From assembly GCA_004431415.1 (NCBI GenBank), contig QPMI01000436.1, positions 62,001-126,000 of the forward strand: a stretch of 64,000 nt of DNA. The letters run 5' to 3'. A program made the translations under genes and the position numbers. The notes under the pieces are model-generated. The model was not told where the DNA came from, searched no databases, and saw only the letters and a list, made by a program, of their open reading frames with translations. The stretch comes from Cyanophora paradoxa CCMP329 (lineage: Eukaryota; Plantae; Glaucophyta). This document shows, in pieces, positions 25,127 through 38,429 of the stretch; the first letter of the stretch is position 1; each line of letters opens with the position of its first letter.

Positions 25127-28100
25127 ATGGCTGCATCGGGGCCCTGCGCGAGCTCCGCATGGCGCGCCCTGGAAGCCGAGCTGTCAGGTTCGCGAGGGCT
25201 TTTCCTCTAGCTAAGCAGAAGGGCGATTTCGAAACGATGTTAGCGGCCCTGACGCCCGCGCGGCAGGCCGGCAGGACGCGGTCCTCTCAGCGACGCTCGT
25301 CAGCGAGGGCGGGGCGGCGCTCGATCTCCTCGTACCGGGGGGCGCCCGGCTGGCTTCTGCCGCGCCGGCGAGCGAGCGCCCGGCGCGAACGGCGCCCGAG
25401 CTGCAGGCGGCGCTCCAGGTGGCCGGCATCCTCTGCGGGGCGCGCCGCGAGCCGCGGGCCGCGGGCCTCCTCCTCTCCGCTTCGGCGGGCGGCCGCCGGT
25501 TCCACTGGCTCGAGGTCGACGCGCGCGGCGAAGAGCGCCGCGGGGCCCTCGCCCGCGTGGGGCGCGCCCTCGCGTGCACGCCGGCCGCGGCGGTGGATCC
25601 GGAGGCCGGCGGGCCGCTGGCCGATGCGATCCTGTCCCGTCTTCCGCGCGGGCTCCCGGTCTACGTGGACGCTTCGGGGGTCGAGGGCGGGCGCGCGGGC
25701 CCCCTGCGGGCCCTCCTGAAGGGCCTGGGGCCCGCCTCGGAAGCCGAGGTCCGCTGGGGTCCGACCGACGAGGGCGAGGACGAAGACGAGGAGGGGTACG
25801 CGCTGGGCCCGCCGGCGGGCCCCGCCGTCTTGGCGGCCACCCCGGGCCCGTGCCCGGGGGGGGCCCCCCCTGCTCCTTCCCCCTCGGACGGCGCCGGCTC
25901 GAGCCCAGCATCGCAGCCCGTTTCGATCTCGGTACCCTCCTCGGCGGCCGCATCCCCGGCCACGCCGCCGATTCGGGCGCCGCTGGGGTGCCGGGCCCCG
26001 GAGACGGTCAAATCGTACCCCGCCGCCCCCAAGGGCAAGGGGGGGGCGGAGGAGGCGGCGCTCGTGCCCCGGCTCGTCGCCACGATGCGGGAGGAGGCGG
26101 ATCGGCTCCGGAGGGACCGCGATTCGGAGGCGGGGCGGAGGCGGGCGGCTGAGGAGCGGGCGGCGGCGGCGGCGGAGGCGCTCGAGGAGGAGCGGGCGCG
26201 GCGCGAGGCGGCGGAGCGGGCGGCGCGCGAGGCCGAGGCGGCGCGCGCGGCCGAGGCCGCGAAGCTCCGGGTGCGCCGTACCCCCCCCCCCCCAAGTTCC
26301 GGATCGGGAGAAGGCTGAGGGGGTGAGGGGGTACAGGAGGCGGTGGCGGGGCTGGAGAAGGAGCTGCAGGCGGCCGTGCCCGAGATGGCGCGGGCGGCGG
26401 CGGAGCGGGACGGGGCGCGGGCGCGGGCGGACCGGGCGGACGCCGAGGCGCGGCGCCTGGCCGAGGAGAACGCGGCGCTGGCGGCGGCGCTCGCGAGGCG
26501 GGAGGGCAGGCGGGCGAGCTGGCGGAGCGGGCGGGGCGGCCGAGCGGGCGCGGGCGGAGGCGGAGGCGAGGGCGGAGCGGGCGGCGCGGCGGGCCGGCGA
26601 GGCGGAGGCGGCCCGGGGCGAGCTCGCGGCCCGGCTCGAGGCTCTCCAGCCCCTGAGTGCGTACCACCCTCCGCTCTGCCCCTAAAATAGAAGGCAGTCC
26701 GATTTACGCGAGGCAGACGCGGCGTCGGCGCGGCGGGCGGAGGCGGCGGAGGCGAGGGCGCAGTCGGCCGAGGCGCGCGCGGGGCGCTGGAGGCGGCGCT
26801 GGCGGAGGCGCGGGCGGAGGCGGCGCGGGCGCGGGCGAGGCCGGGGAGCTGCGGGGCGTCTGCGGGAGGCTGCAGGAGGCGGCGGCGGCGGCGCAGGCCG
26901 GGCGCGAGGCGGCGCGGCGGCGGCTCGGGAGGCGGCGGCGGCGCATGGGGACCGGGCGCGCGCGCGGCGCGTCTTCGGCGGGTGGCGCGCCGTGGCGCGC
27001 AGGCGCGGGGCGCTGCGGAGGGCGTGCGCGGGGCGGCTCGCGGAGCGGCGGGCCGCGTTCGCGGCGGCGGCCTTCGCGGCGTGGGCGGGGGCCTGCGCGC
27101 TGCGGCGGGCCGAGCGGGCGCGGGCGGCGCTGGAGGCGGCAGTGTCCGCCGGGGAGCAGCGGAGGGCGGAGCGGCGCCGCGCCGCCGCCGAGGCGCGGGC
27201 GGGGCGGATGGCGGCGCGGGGCTTCCTGCGCGGCGCGGCGCAGTCCTTTGCGGCGTGGCGGAGCTTCGCGGCGGGTCGACGGGCGGCGCGGGAGGCGGCG
27301 GCGAAGCTCGCGCGGCGGTGGGACGAGTTCGCGCGCGCTCGGCCCTGCGCGAGTGGCGCTGGGAGGCGGCGGAGGCTCGCGCGGCACGGGCGGCCGCCGG
27401 GCGGGCGGCGGCCGAGGCGGAGGCCGAAGGCCTGCGGGGCGCCCTGGGGCGGCTTCGGGAGGAGGAAGCGGCGGCGGCGGCGCGGGCCGAAGGGGCGACC
27501 CGCGGGGCCGCCGCGGCGCGGGCGCTCGCCCTGCTCAGCTCCCTCTGGCCCCTCCTGGCAAGACCTCATTTTTGCAATCGGCGAAGGTCTCTGACTAACT
27601 AACGCGTCTCGCAGGGACCGGTCGAGGCCACTCCGGCGAACTGCCTCCGGGAGTGGAGGCGCGCGGCGGCGGCGCAGCGGCGGCTCCGTCGGGTCGCGGC
27701 CGCGCGGCTCGCGGCTCGGGGCGGAGCGCTCCTCCGCGCGGCCTTCGGCGCGCTGGCGGCGGCGGCGCGGGAGGCGCGGCGGGCGCGGGCGGAGGAGGAG
27801 CGGCGCGGGGGAGAGGACGCGGCGGCGGGGCTCGTCCACGGGCTCTGGGCGGCGCGCGCGGAGCGGGCGCGGGAGGCGGCGCTGGCCCGGCTGGCCCTGC
27901 GGGGCCTCGCCGGCGTTAGGCGGGCCGCCTTTGCCGCGTGGCGCGGCGAGGCGCGGCGGCGTCGGGTCCTCAGGCAGCGCGCGGCGGCGCTGGCGGCGGC
28001 GAAGCGGCGGCGGGCGCTCTGTTGGGCGCTGGCGGCGTGGCGGGGCGGGTGCGAGGTCCTGAGGGCGCTGAGGCGGGCGGACCTGGAGCGGAGGGCGGCC

Positions 28101-31038
28101 GAGATCGACGCGGAGGCGGCGGAGGGGCGGCTGGCGGAGGCGGAGGACGGGCGAGCGCGGCGGGGCGGGCGGGGCGGGTGCGCGCCGGCCTCGCGGCGCT
28201 GGAGGCGGTCCTGGCCCGGCGCGACGCGGCCCGGCTCGGCGCGGCGCTGCGGGCGTGGGCCGGCGCGGCGCGGCGCGCGCGCGGGGCGCGCCGGCGGGCG
28301 GCGGCGCTGCAGGGGCGGTGGCGGGAGCGGCGGGCGCGCGAGGCGGTGCGCGAGTGGCGCGGGGAGGCGGCGCGGAGCCGCGCGGCGCGGGCCGAGGCGG
28401 CGCTCGAGGCGGAGCGGGCGGCGCGGGCGGCGGCGGAGGCGGCGGCGGCCGAGGCGCGCGAGGGCGGCGCCGCGCTTCGCGCCTGCCTGTCGGCGTCCGA
28501 GCGGGCGGCGGCGGCGGCGGCCGCGGAGGGGCGCGGGGCGGCGCGAGGGCGCGGGCGGCGGCGGCGCGGGCGATGGGCGCGCGCCTCGCGCGGCGATCCG
28601 CGGCTCGCGCCTTCGACGGGTGGCGCCGGGAGGCCCGCCGCCAGCGCGCCCTCGCGCGGTGCGAGGCCCATCTCATCTCATCCGAGGCTCCTCTTTCTTA
28701 CTAGCACGCTTGCTTATCTATCGTACTTTCTAACTTCTTACTAGTACACTTGCAGCTAACTTTATAACTATATTCTTACTAGCACGCTTGCTTATCGTAG
28801 GGCCTCCGAGGTCGTCGCGAGGCGGCGGGCGGCTTCGCTCGCCGGCGCCGCGCTCCGCGCGTGGCGCGGGCCGCGCTCGAGCTGCGCGCGGGGCGCGTGG
28901 CGGAGGCGGCGGCGGCGGCGGCGGAGCGCGCGGAGCGGGCGGAGCGGGAGGAGGCGGCCATCGCGGGGAGCGTCGCCCGGCAGGTGCCCTCCAGCGCTCT
29001 GCTTTAAGCTTAGCCTTTAGTTGACCAGTGCTTTGAGCTTAAGTTAAGCAGCTTTAGCAAACCTTTGACCCCCTCTCACCCCGCTCTTAGCTAAGACTTT
29101 GATTAAAAGCGGCGGGCGGCGCCCCCCCGCCCAGCGCTCTGCTCGCCGCCTTACATAAACCTTTCGAACCATAAACCATAGGCTCTAGATCTCCACCCTC
29201 TCTCTTATAGCTAGAAGCTTTAACGTCGACTCTAAACTTTGAGCTAACCTCCTTCACGCTTCTTAAAAGCTTCGCCTTTGATTTCAACCTTTCCTCACCC
29301 TCCTCGCCCCTGCAGGTGGAGAGCGTGGCGGAGGGCGTGCGCGGCCTCCTCGACTCAGACACGCGCTTCCGCGACGCCGCGGCCGCCCGCCTCGCCGCGC
29401 GCTCGGCCCTCCGGCAGGTGCATACATACATAGACTTCAAGGTGCTTTAGCCTTAGCCTTTGATTGACCGGTGCTTGAAGGTCAAGGCGGCCATGGCGGC
29501 GTGGCGGGGGTGGGCGGCCGGGCGCCGCCGGGCGCGGGCCCTGGCCGCCCTCGCCGCGCGGACCCTCGCCGCGCGGCGGGCGCGGGGCGCCTTCGCCGAG
29601 TGGTGCGCCTCGGCCCGGCGCCAGCGGCTCCTCCGGGTACGCTGTTACTTTTTCTTCTATTTTTCGAAATTTCAAACTTTTTTCCAGGTGGAGGAGGCGG
29701 TGGGGCGGCTGGAGGGGGTACTGTCCGAGCGCGCCGCCGCCGTGCGTCCAATCGCTTCTTTTGTGATTTTGATCTCTTTTGAGTTCGTTGGCAGAGGGAG
29801 GCGGCGGTGCGGGCGAGGGCGGCGGCGGCGCTCTGCGGGCGGGCGGCGCGGGGCGCCTGCGGGCGGCCCTCGGGGCGTGGCGCGAGGAGGCGGGGCGGGC
29901 GGCGGGGGCGCGGCGGCGGCTGCGGGCAGCCGGCGAGCGGCGGGCGCGGCGGCTCGCGGCCGCCGCTCTTCAGCGGTGGCGCGAGCGCTGCCGCGAGGCC
30001 CGAGAGGCCAGACTGGGTACCCCCCCTGCGCTCTTCCCCTCCCCCTTCCCTCCCTTCTCCTCGCCTCCCATCTAACTGCTTCTTCCCAGCGGCCGCGGCG
30101 GGGCGGCTCGCGGCCGAGCAGGTCCGTTGCCTTTTGCTGCCTGGATCCGGGTCTAGAGCTGCCTTTCTCGCCTTCTCCTTCATCTTCTCACCTAGCGGGG
30201 CCCGGCCGAGCAGGAGCTGGGGGCCGAGTCGCTGCGGCAGGCGGAGGAGGGCCGGCTCGCCGCCGAGCGGCGGGCGGCGCTGCTCGAGGAGCTCCTCGCG
30301 GAGGAGCGCGCGCAGCTCGCCGCCGCCCGCGGGCGCCTCCTCGACTCCGAGGCGAGCGCGCCCGTACCCCCGAAACTAAACCTCCCCCCCCCCCCACCCT
30401 TTCCCCCCCCCCCCAACCCCTCAAAACTCTTCTGGACCTTAAAAGCAAGGCTGCGCCTTCTTATATAACTACGTAACTATCGTCTATTTAAAACGTTAAC
30501 GCGCTTCCAATTACCGGCCGTATCCTTCTGATCAAAGCGGCCGTACCTCTTCTGGAGCCTAAAGAGCGATCTTTCGCCTTTTTATCGTTTTATGAGCTTC
30601 TAATCTCCTAATTGATACAAGCGGGCGCCTGCTCGCCTGCGTGGCGAGCGCGCCCGTACCCCCCACCCCGCTTCTCTAAATCTCCTTCTGATCGCGTGAG
30701 AGCAGAAGGAGGCGGCGGGGGCGCTGAGGCGGGAGGCGGAGCGCATGGAGCGCCTGGAGGGCGCGTTGCTGCGCCCCGAGGCCGGCGCCGGCGCTGTAGC
30801 CCGCCCTCGTTCAGTGGGACCGGGCCTCGATCGCGACCCTCGATCTGGCCATGGCGCCGGCGCCCGGTCCCGCCCTAGGCCTCTTGGACCGGGCCCGGAA
30901 TCCGACCCCCTGGGATTCGAGCTCGGGCTCGATGCGCCCGCCAGCACTAGCACCCTGAGGCTCGACCCGTTCGAGCTCCCGTTCGACTCCGACCGCGACC
31001 CCCTGCTCGCTCTGCTTGGTATACGTAGGCAGAAGTGA
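25127..31038 (+). CDS. Coiled-coil protein with many Sfi1-like (centrin-binding) Trp repeats; several frameshifts in G/C runs
   Basis: Repeated (A/L)F/L-x-x-W-R units: AAFAAWAG, QSFAAWRS, ALREWRW, AAFAAWRG, ALRAWAG, AFDGWRR, AAMAAWRG, GAFAEWCA, ALGAWRE, ALQRWRE; long Ala/Arg/Glu helix. Confidence 0.7.
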
Positions 31039-31169
31039 AAGTCACCGAGTGCTCAACTTATAATTACGCGAGCAATCTCGATGCCACATGTACACAATGA
31101 CGATGACGCGAGCAATATTAATCTCGATGCCACACAATGTCACAATGTCCCGCCCTCTAGATAGATCTG

Positions 31170-31385
31170 AGCGTGGGCCCTGACCACAGGGCCTTGATTC
31201 GACCCCGCGGGCCGGCCCTCAGGGCCTTGGGATTCGAGTTCGAGCAGAGGCTGGTTGCACTCATCAGCACCCGCCCCCTGATCATGAGCTTCGACTCCGT
31301 CAGGCTCCTGCTAGGCCTGCCACCCGATCCGGATCCCGAGTTCCCGCTGGGCCTGCCCTCGGATCGCGACCCCCTTCGCACATAG
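31170..31385 (+). repeat. Diverged local copy of the last exon of the Sfi1-like gene
   Basis: Shared blocks (GGGATTCGAG, CAGCACCC, CGCGACCCCCT) with 30813-31010. Confidence 0.45.
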
Positions 31386-31781
31386 AGAATGGAGCTAGTC
31401 CAGAATGCACAGGGATATTGCTATTGCAATCGTCAACATTACAATTGCAAGCTAGGACCATAATGCCGCGATAATGAAATTCAATCGATATCGCCAGTGG
31501 TGAGATTCGCGATCATGCCGGGGCATCTACGGCTCAGCAGCCGGCGAAATATGGAAGTAAGTGTGGCGCGATCATCATCATTTCCATCGAGCTCCGAGGC
31601 TCGGGATCAATTCGAAAATGAAACTTGACGTTGCCTCCAAGCTTGGGACGAAGCCAGCCAAGGTCCTGCTCATATGCATATGCATTATTTTTCTTTCTAA
31701 AACCTTTTTAATTGTAAAGCTTGCGAAATGAGTAATATTAATATTCTAAGCTAAAGGCCGAACGAACCAGGAAGGGGGTGA

Positions 31782-33000
31782 TCATGACCTCATCAATGGA
31801 GGAGACATCGGCGGCGATTCGGCGCGAATAGCGAGTTTGAATTGAACGTCCTCTGGGCGTGCGACTCGGGCACCTTGCCGCAGATCTAGAACTTGGAATT
31901 CGAAGCTTTTCAGAACAGACCCCGGCGCCTTGGACGGCATTCTTATCGAAATGAGGCATTGGTACATGTAAGCCGCTGAGATTAAATCGGCGATCGCCTC
32001 CTGTTCGTCCGCTGCAATTTCGTGACTCAGTGACGACCATGAATATCTATAGCTAAGTATAAATTATAATTGCTTTGAGCTAGAATTCGAAACAATTCAA
32101 CCGTGCGAACCATGCTCGGTGTAGTACACTGACACAGCCACGGAGAAACGCTTCAGCATGTGATGCGACTGGTTGCGCATAGCGCGCAGAGCTTCAGCCA
32201 ACGCTTTCAAAGTTGCCGAACAATTTTCATTTCCATGGAAAAGCTCTTTTCAGAGACAAATTCAATGTATACGTACATGCATATGTTGGGGTGAATCCTC
32301 CGATTCATCGAGGTGTCCACCAGCGCCCGAACTCCAGCGGGAGTTACATTGTTCACGGTAGCGCTTAAATACGAATTCGAATTTGGAATCTGAGCAGATC
32401 CGAGAGTCTAATGGAATTTTTATAAAATCGATATGAGGGTGCACCGTCGCGCGGCACACTCCCACAACATTTTCAAGGGACTCCAATTGCATGAGAGCCG
32501 GAATTGTTTCGTCCGTAAGCTGAATTGGGCTGTCCACGGATTAATTTGTGATTGATCAGGAGGGAAGGGCCGGGCAGCCCAATATTTAAAGCTCAAGGCA
32601 CCAGCCTTCGGAAGCAAGAACACGGAGAGAGTCCCTGACAGCCCCAGCCGCAAGCGCTTGCAGGCCCTCGCTGATGTCCGTGTCGCCTTCGGCCCGGATC
32701 TCTTCGAGATGAAGAGAAGACAAAGCGCCGAGCACGTCGCGAACGTCGAAATCCGATGCGAAAACGATGCGCGCGCTTGAGGGCTGTGCAACACTCGGCG
32801 ACGACCCGCGCCATGGCGGCGTCCAATTGGAGGTCCGGGAGCGCCAGCGACTGAAGATCAAGGAAAGGCTTCATCATTTCAAAAGCGGCTCGCAGCTTTG
32901 AAGCGTCCATTTTGTTGGATAGAAGACCGCCTGTCACTGAAATGCCCCAAAGGACGCAGGGCCGAGAAAGTTGCAAGGGGGGAAGGGGGCCCCCTTGCTT
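31782..33000 (-). pseudogene. Disrupted LRR-like gene, probably of the same expanded F-box/LRR family
   Basis: Fragments PFLDLQSLALPDLQLDAAMARVVAECCTALKR, VLGALSSLHLEEIRAE..LQALAAGAVRDSLRVL, IQLTDETIPALMQLESLENVVG in shifting frames with stops. Confidence 0.5.
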
Positions 33001-33211
33001 CCCGTTCCCTCGCTTCAGCCAAAAGTTTTCTATGAGGCCGTTTTCGAGGGCCAGCTTGCAACGAAATTGTCGGTTATTCGCGATCCGATTGGCTCGGTGA
33101 ACGGGTCAGCTCTCGACTTTCGAGCGTCGAATATATATATTCGAGGGGAAAAAGTGGTTTTCGATCGCGAGGGGAAAACTAACTTCTCTCTAACTCCGGT
33201 CTTCGAATTCC

Positions 33212-33377
33212 TTGCGCGGTTCTGCATGGAACCAGTTCTCCCTAGCTGTCTCCTCTAGATTTCGGCTTCCTCGCAGTGCGTCGCGTACGCCTTGCTCTTC
33301 GTTGCGCGGTTCTGCATGGAACCACTTCTCTCTACCTGTCAACGTCTCCTCTAGATTTCCGCTTCGTCGCACTGCGC
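33212..33377. repeat. Tandem duplication, period 90 bp, about 2 copies
   Basis: TTGCGCGGTTCTGCATGGAACCA...TCTCCTCTAGATTTC at 33212 and 33302. Confidence 0.8.
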
Positions 33378-34474
33378 AGCCTACGCCGCAGGGTACCCGT
33401 GCCGCGTGGACTAATATTCATTGCATCCAGCTTAAGCTTGCACCGCAGCGAGCACGCGCCGCTGCCTGCAGCTGAGCACGCTGCCGGCACTCGTGCTTGA
33501 GCTTGCACGGGAAAACCGGTTCCGCCGCTGCGCATGCCGCCGCCGCCAGTGCCTATAGCTAGCTGCGGCTGGGCCGCTGATCATGATCGTAGCCGAGGAC
33601 AGGCTTTCGAGACCGTGCTCTCTCGCTGCGCTCGGGACGCCGCCGAATTCGAGCCTATATTGCAGAACCGCGTGCGGAGGTGCCCGCAGCCGAGCACGCC
33701 GGACGGGCCGGGCGCTCTTGTTGCGTTTGGCACCTGGCAAGCAGACCAGTTCGCGCACTGCGCACGGCGCGCCGGTCGACGCCGCTTGCAATTGTCTGCT
33801 CATTCAGGTTGAGGCTGCTGTCAGCGTCGGCGCTCCGACGTTAACGTTCGGCGTCCCGCGTTGCACCCGCCGCGTGCGCTTGACACCCGGCCAGCTGCCT
33901 AGGAGTCCTTGACAGTGCGCTGAATCTGGCCTTTCATTCACACTTTTCTTTATTCGGTTAGATCGCAGCGTCTGCATATCAGCCCTTTTCTATTCTTTTC
34001 AATCATATATAATATCTTTACTACTTCAACCTGCCGCGCGCGCTGGGCCGGGGTCGAACTACATCTGCCCCGTGCATGTTCGTGCCACTACTACTCTTTC
34101 ATTAGATCCCGATTCCCCCCTTGCACCCCCGGCGCGCCAAACGCGGCCGGGCCCCTAGTAGAGCAGCAAGAGACCCGCAAAAGAACGCGAAATACTGCGA
34201 ATTCGGCGGATTGTAGGAGCTCAGCGGCTATAGGTAGTAACGGAAAGATCGAGGGACAAACGCTTCAACGAGTCACAGCTGCTGATGCTGCACAGCAGGT
34301 TGGTCTCTGCACCGAAAAGCCTTGAAGATCGGGCATCTCCTCATCCACACACACTTGCGCTTGCGCATTTTCATGCAGCTTCAGTTTTCCGGCATCATGA
34401 TCAATAAGCTCCGCGACGCCTTCGAAGTCCGATGGATTCGCTGATTTCACGCCGATCTGCGTCCATTCGACGCT

Positions 34475-34700
34475 CACTAGTAAAAAGGGGGTAGCAACTG
34501 ACCTATAACCGGGCCAAAACCGGGCAAAAGTCGGGCATATATATGATCGGACCTATTGTGCGGGCTAAAGCGCTTTTGATCGGACCTAAAACGAGTTTGA
34601 TCGGACCTATAGCTAGCTATAGCCCGGGGCCCTATACGATCGGACCTATAGCCTGCTATTGCCCGGCGTTGCCCGCGGCCTGGGCCCGGGCAATAAGCTG
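34475..34700 (+). mobile_element. Probable CACTA (EnSpm) element terminus with subterminal repeats
   Basis: Starts CACTAGTAAAAAGGGGG, followed by four GATCGGACCTA copies (~34545-34650); partner end not found. Confidence 0.55.
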
Positions 34701-34842
34701 AGAGCTAGCCAGAGGCTCCAGAGCCCGATCGCGAGTCATAACCATGATCAGAGATTGAATTCAGTTCAAAGGTGTACCAGCACATCTGCCACATCATGGC
34801 ATGTACATATGATATGCACCGATCGCATGAAATCCCCTAGGC

Positions 34843-37800
34843 CTAAGCGCAGCTGCAGGCGACAAAGTCGTCCGCGAGATTGATCGCGAGCTGTAGATCT
34901 GCAACAAGACCCGCCTCGAGCTCGTCGACATCGGCCTCGATCTCGAGTGTGGCCTCCTCCGCCTCGATCGCCAGCTCCTGCGCATGCCGCAGTTGCGCTA
35001 AATTGATAGAGATAGGAACGCAGCCTCGAACCTGCATAGTGCCATCAAGGTGGAGGCCTGGAGGCTTCACTCGTGTGCAGGAGGGGTATTCCATGAGCTC
35101 GCATCCATCCACTGTGCATTTTTCCTTAGTCTGCAGCGGTGGCAAACCCGCATTAGCACTTCGAGCAGGCGCGGCACTGCGCCGCGGCGTGTCCGCATGC
35201 GCACGCGTACGTATATACGCGTGCATACGCGTACGTATAAGTATGGCACGTGCACGCACCAAGGTGTAGTAGGAGAATTCATCCCGGCAACTGCACAGGC
35301 GGCATTAAACCCGTAAGATCAGAGTTTCGAATCACGCGCAATATATATATATATAAGTATACATATGTGCAGTGCGCAGACCCTGCTTTCATCATTGGTA
35401 ACATGCTGTCAGTCATGCAATCCTCCATCGATAAACACTTAAAGGTCCGCTCGGCTATTTTACTCTTGCACTCAACGTCGCTGTACTCCTCGAACTTGTA
35501 GTTCAGAAACTCGCTGCAACCTCTTGATTAGACTCGCCAAATTAAAGTCATATATCCCTCGCTTTCGGCGGGCACACCAGGGCATACAGGCGGTCCCCTT
35601 GATCGCGCCCGCGCCGCCCAGCCAGGTCGTCGGCGAGATCGAGACGCTTTTGTATGGGATGCCCTTCGTGAGCTGGATGTTCTTAAGATCCCAGCGAAGT
35701 CCGTCGCTCTCGTTTGGCGGGCGCTGGTATTCGTACTTGTCGAACGTCGTTTGGCAGCCGGCGACGATTGCCTTCGACAGCTGGTCATCGATGTTGTTGG
35801 CCTCGCCGCCGTGGATCCGGGTACTTTTGCCGGGTGCGTCTGCCCTTTCTTGTGTGTAAATTTTCACCAGAGAAATGAGTTCTTTCGCTTGACTGAGCGT
35901 CAGGTCCAGCCCGAACTTATTCAGTCCCTGCGTAAATTTTTCGTACTGCGTCCCGATTATAATTAATATTGTGATCATAGCCGAACAACGTCGTCAATTT
36001 GAGAAGAATTCAAAGCGGCGCACTACCGGCCGGAAGTAACGGTTGCGAGCCAAGTCCTCGCAGCGCTGATTACGAAACTCCGTTGACTCGAGGGGCTCGA
36101 CGAGCTCTTGCAATTCGGCGAGTAATGGGAGCGGGTACGTTGATATCGAGTGGCCGTTGTTCAGAAGAGTTGCAATCTTGGCCGCCATCTCGGACCTGGG
36201 CGTCTTGGACACATGTTGCTCCTCCAAGCAATTAAGATAGGGAAATGCCGTTACAGTGGCCACCGCCGGGCTGAGGAGCCGGAGTGCACGTTATCTCGAC
36301 GCTTACGGAATGAATATGTAGGGGAACATATAATATATATACTTATATAAAAATTTACGGAACCTCAAAAAGTCTTTACCATCTCGAGCATTCCACGGTG
36401 GTGCCTCCGTTGGCGCCGCTCTTGACGGCGTAGAAGTAAGAGTTCGGCACGTCGCAGGCGTCATCATAGGAGATCCGAGGATCGTCCTTCGCGAGGGCTC
36501 CGGGGTAGTACTTCACATCCACTACTCTCGAGTCTGAGCAGGGCGTCGACGCGTTGTCATACGTGTATAAAGCCGTCAACTCTGGACTGTGGGAACCCCA
36601 ACGCCCTCTTTGCCTCAGGCTTGATTTCGTCCGATCGCGATCATGATCAGAGGGTACACGAGCGCGCGCACCAGCGAGCGCAGGTGGCGGTCGCAGGGGC
36701 TCCTTTGCCGCTCTGCACAACAATGCTGTAGTGCGCTGCATTCGATTTGCCGCAGGCTTCAACGATCTGCGCACATAGAAATATTAGTATTGATAGTGAA
36801 TTCGAATTTCGAAGGACGATTTGCAGAGATCTAGACGCGGTCGGAAATTAAAGCGAGAAAACAGCCAACATTCTGCTGCAGTCCGTTGTCTTCAAAGACT
36901 TGGATGGACGATGCGCGGTCATTCATTCTGCGCAGTGGGGATTGGCCGCATGGCCATGGGGCAGCACAATTTTAAAACTCGAAATAGATGCGAATGAAAC
37001 CCACGCAGGCTCACACAGAATTAACCAGCGAATAGCACCGGCTGACGTTTGTGTTGTTTGCTATCATCTGAATGTCGCCCTTGGAGCCTTTATCAGCTGC
37101 GTGCATTCCCAATCATGATCAGACGTCGACATTCCGCTTCCGCTTCAGCTCGAGGCCGTACCAAACAGATGGACCCTTGTTTGCGGCTGCAATGCAAATC
37201 GATGTCGATGGTAGTCAGATTGTAAATAATTAATGGATTCATTAAAGCCGGTATATCATAGTTTATATAATGTTTTAAACTCGTGAACATGATGGATTGA
37301 CGTTGGCTTCTAATTACGTGAACGCGCGCGTGAGCGTGCAGACCTTCAGGCAGACCGACGAAACCGCATCATTCATGCCGTACTTATATCCGGAGTCCCA
37401 AGGAGTTCCGGAGTAAAAGTCAAATTTTTGAATGGTTTTCAGATTGTACTGTCCGGCCGAGCTCGAGGGCTCCAAAACCCCGGACTGTTCGCCAATAGTT
37501 GACGTCGTCCCGTCCTTCTGAAGTTCGGCTCTCGGAGGTGCACATGCGCTCTGCGCATGCGTGCGCGTGAGCTGCGTAATTCTGGACGCGTATAATTTTG
37601 AGGCGCACTTCTGAGAAAAGCTTGGCGCCATAGCCATGCACATGGCCACCGTTGTCCTTCCTGCATGGAATTCGCAAGGTCGGCCATATGTACATGCATG
37701 CATATATGTGTACATGGCCAAGAGCTGCATGCAGAGTTCACGTGTATTCACCCGTTGGACATACATGTCGATCGAGTTCCTTGGGAAGTTGATCTGGCCA

Positions 37801-38307
37801 TGGTTTGCGCGGTTAAGAATCGCGCGCGAAAAATGTGCGCATGCGGGCCGGGGCCAGGGCGGCCGCCCGCGGGGACATGTATGTATGCACCTATCGACAA
37901 GCTGCCATTCGTATATCTTCGTCAGAGCAGCCTCTCCGCTGCAATCGGCCGTGTTGAAAGTTTGAATTTCAGACAATTCGGGGCTGCGCAACCGTTGAAT
38001 TCATTATATATCATCATTGCAAATCATGGCCATATGCATGGAATGTCAAGGCCCCGGCCGATCGCGAGGATTGCACATTCTGAACGAACCAAACTGTGCA
38101 GCTCGTCTCTGTCCCGGAGGCCTTTGTTTTCGCGGAGCTGTAATGCGAAACTCCGGGCGTCAAACACACCTCCCGCACGTCATTCTCATCGGCGTAACGA
38201 GGCACAGCCAGGTCGACGACTGCCGTCCCGCTGGCCGCCGCCGAGCACGCCTCCGCTGTCGACCACCCTCTGACCGTCGACTCGATCTTCGATCCAGTTG
38301 CGCCCAT
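34843..38307 (-). CDS. Multi-exon protein: MGxxxS start, Cys-containing repeats, beta/gamma-crystallin domain, acidic C-terminal tail
   Basis: Spliced ..YKYGMNDAVSSVCLK|PQTRVHLF|ADKGSKGDIQMIANNTNVSRCYSLVNSV|MNDRASSIQVF.. (37440-36870) with phase-compatible GT..AG introns; start MGATGSK at 38307; ends ..LADDFVACSCA*. Confidence 0.7.
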
Positions 38308-38429
38308 TGCGCGCAGCGAACGACTCGGCGTCGAGTCGGCGTCGACTCGGCGATCGGATGGGCCCGGGGCGTCCTTGCTATAGCCTAGTAGCTATTAGGC
38401 CTTCCGTCAGGCTTCCGAAGCTCGCGGTT

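Noticed and set aside
26682-28676. 664-aa minus-strand ORF and the many other long Arg/Pro/Ala/Gly-rich ORFs
   Set aside because: Shadow frames of extremely GC-rich coding DNA with few stop codons.
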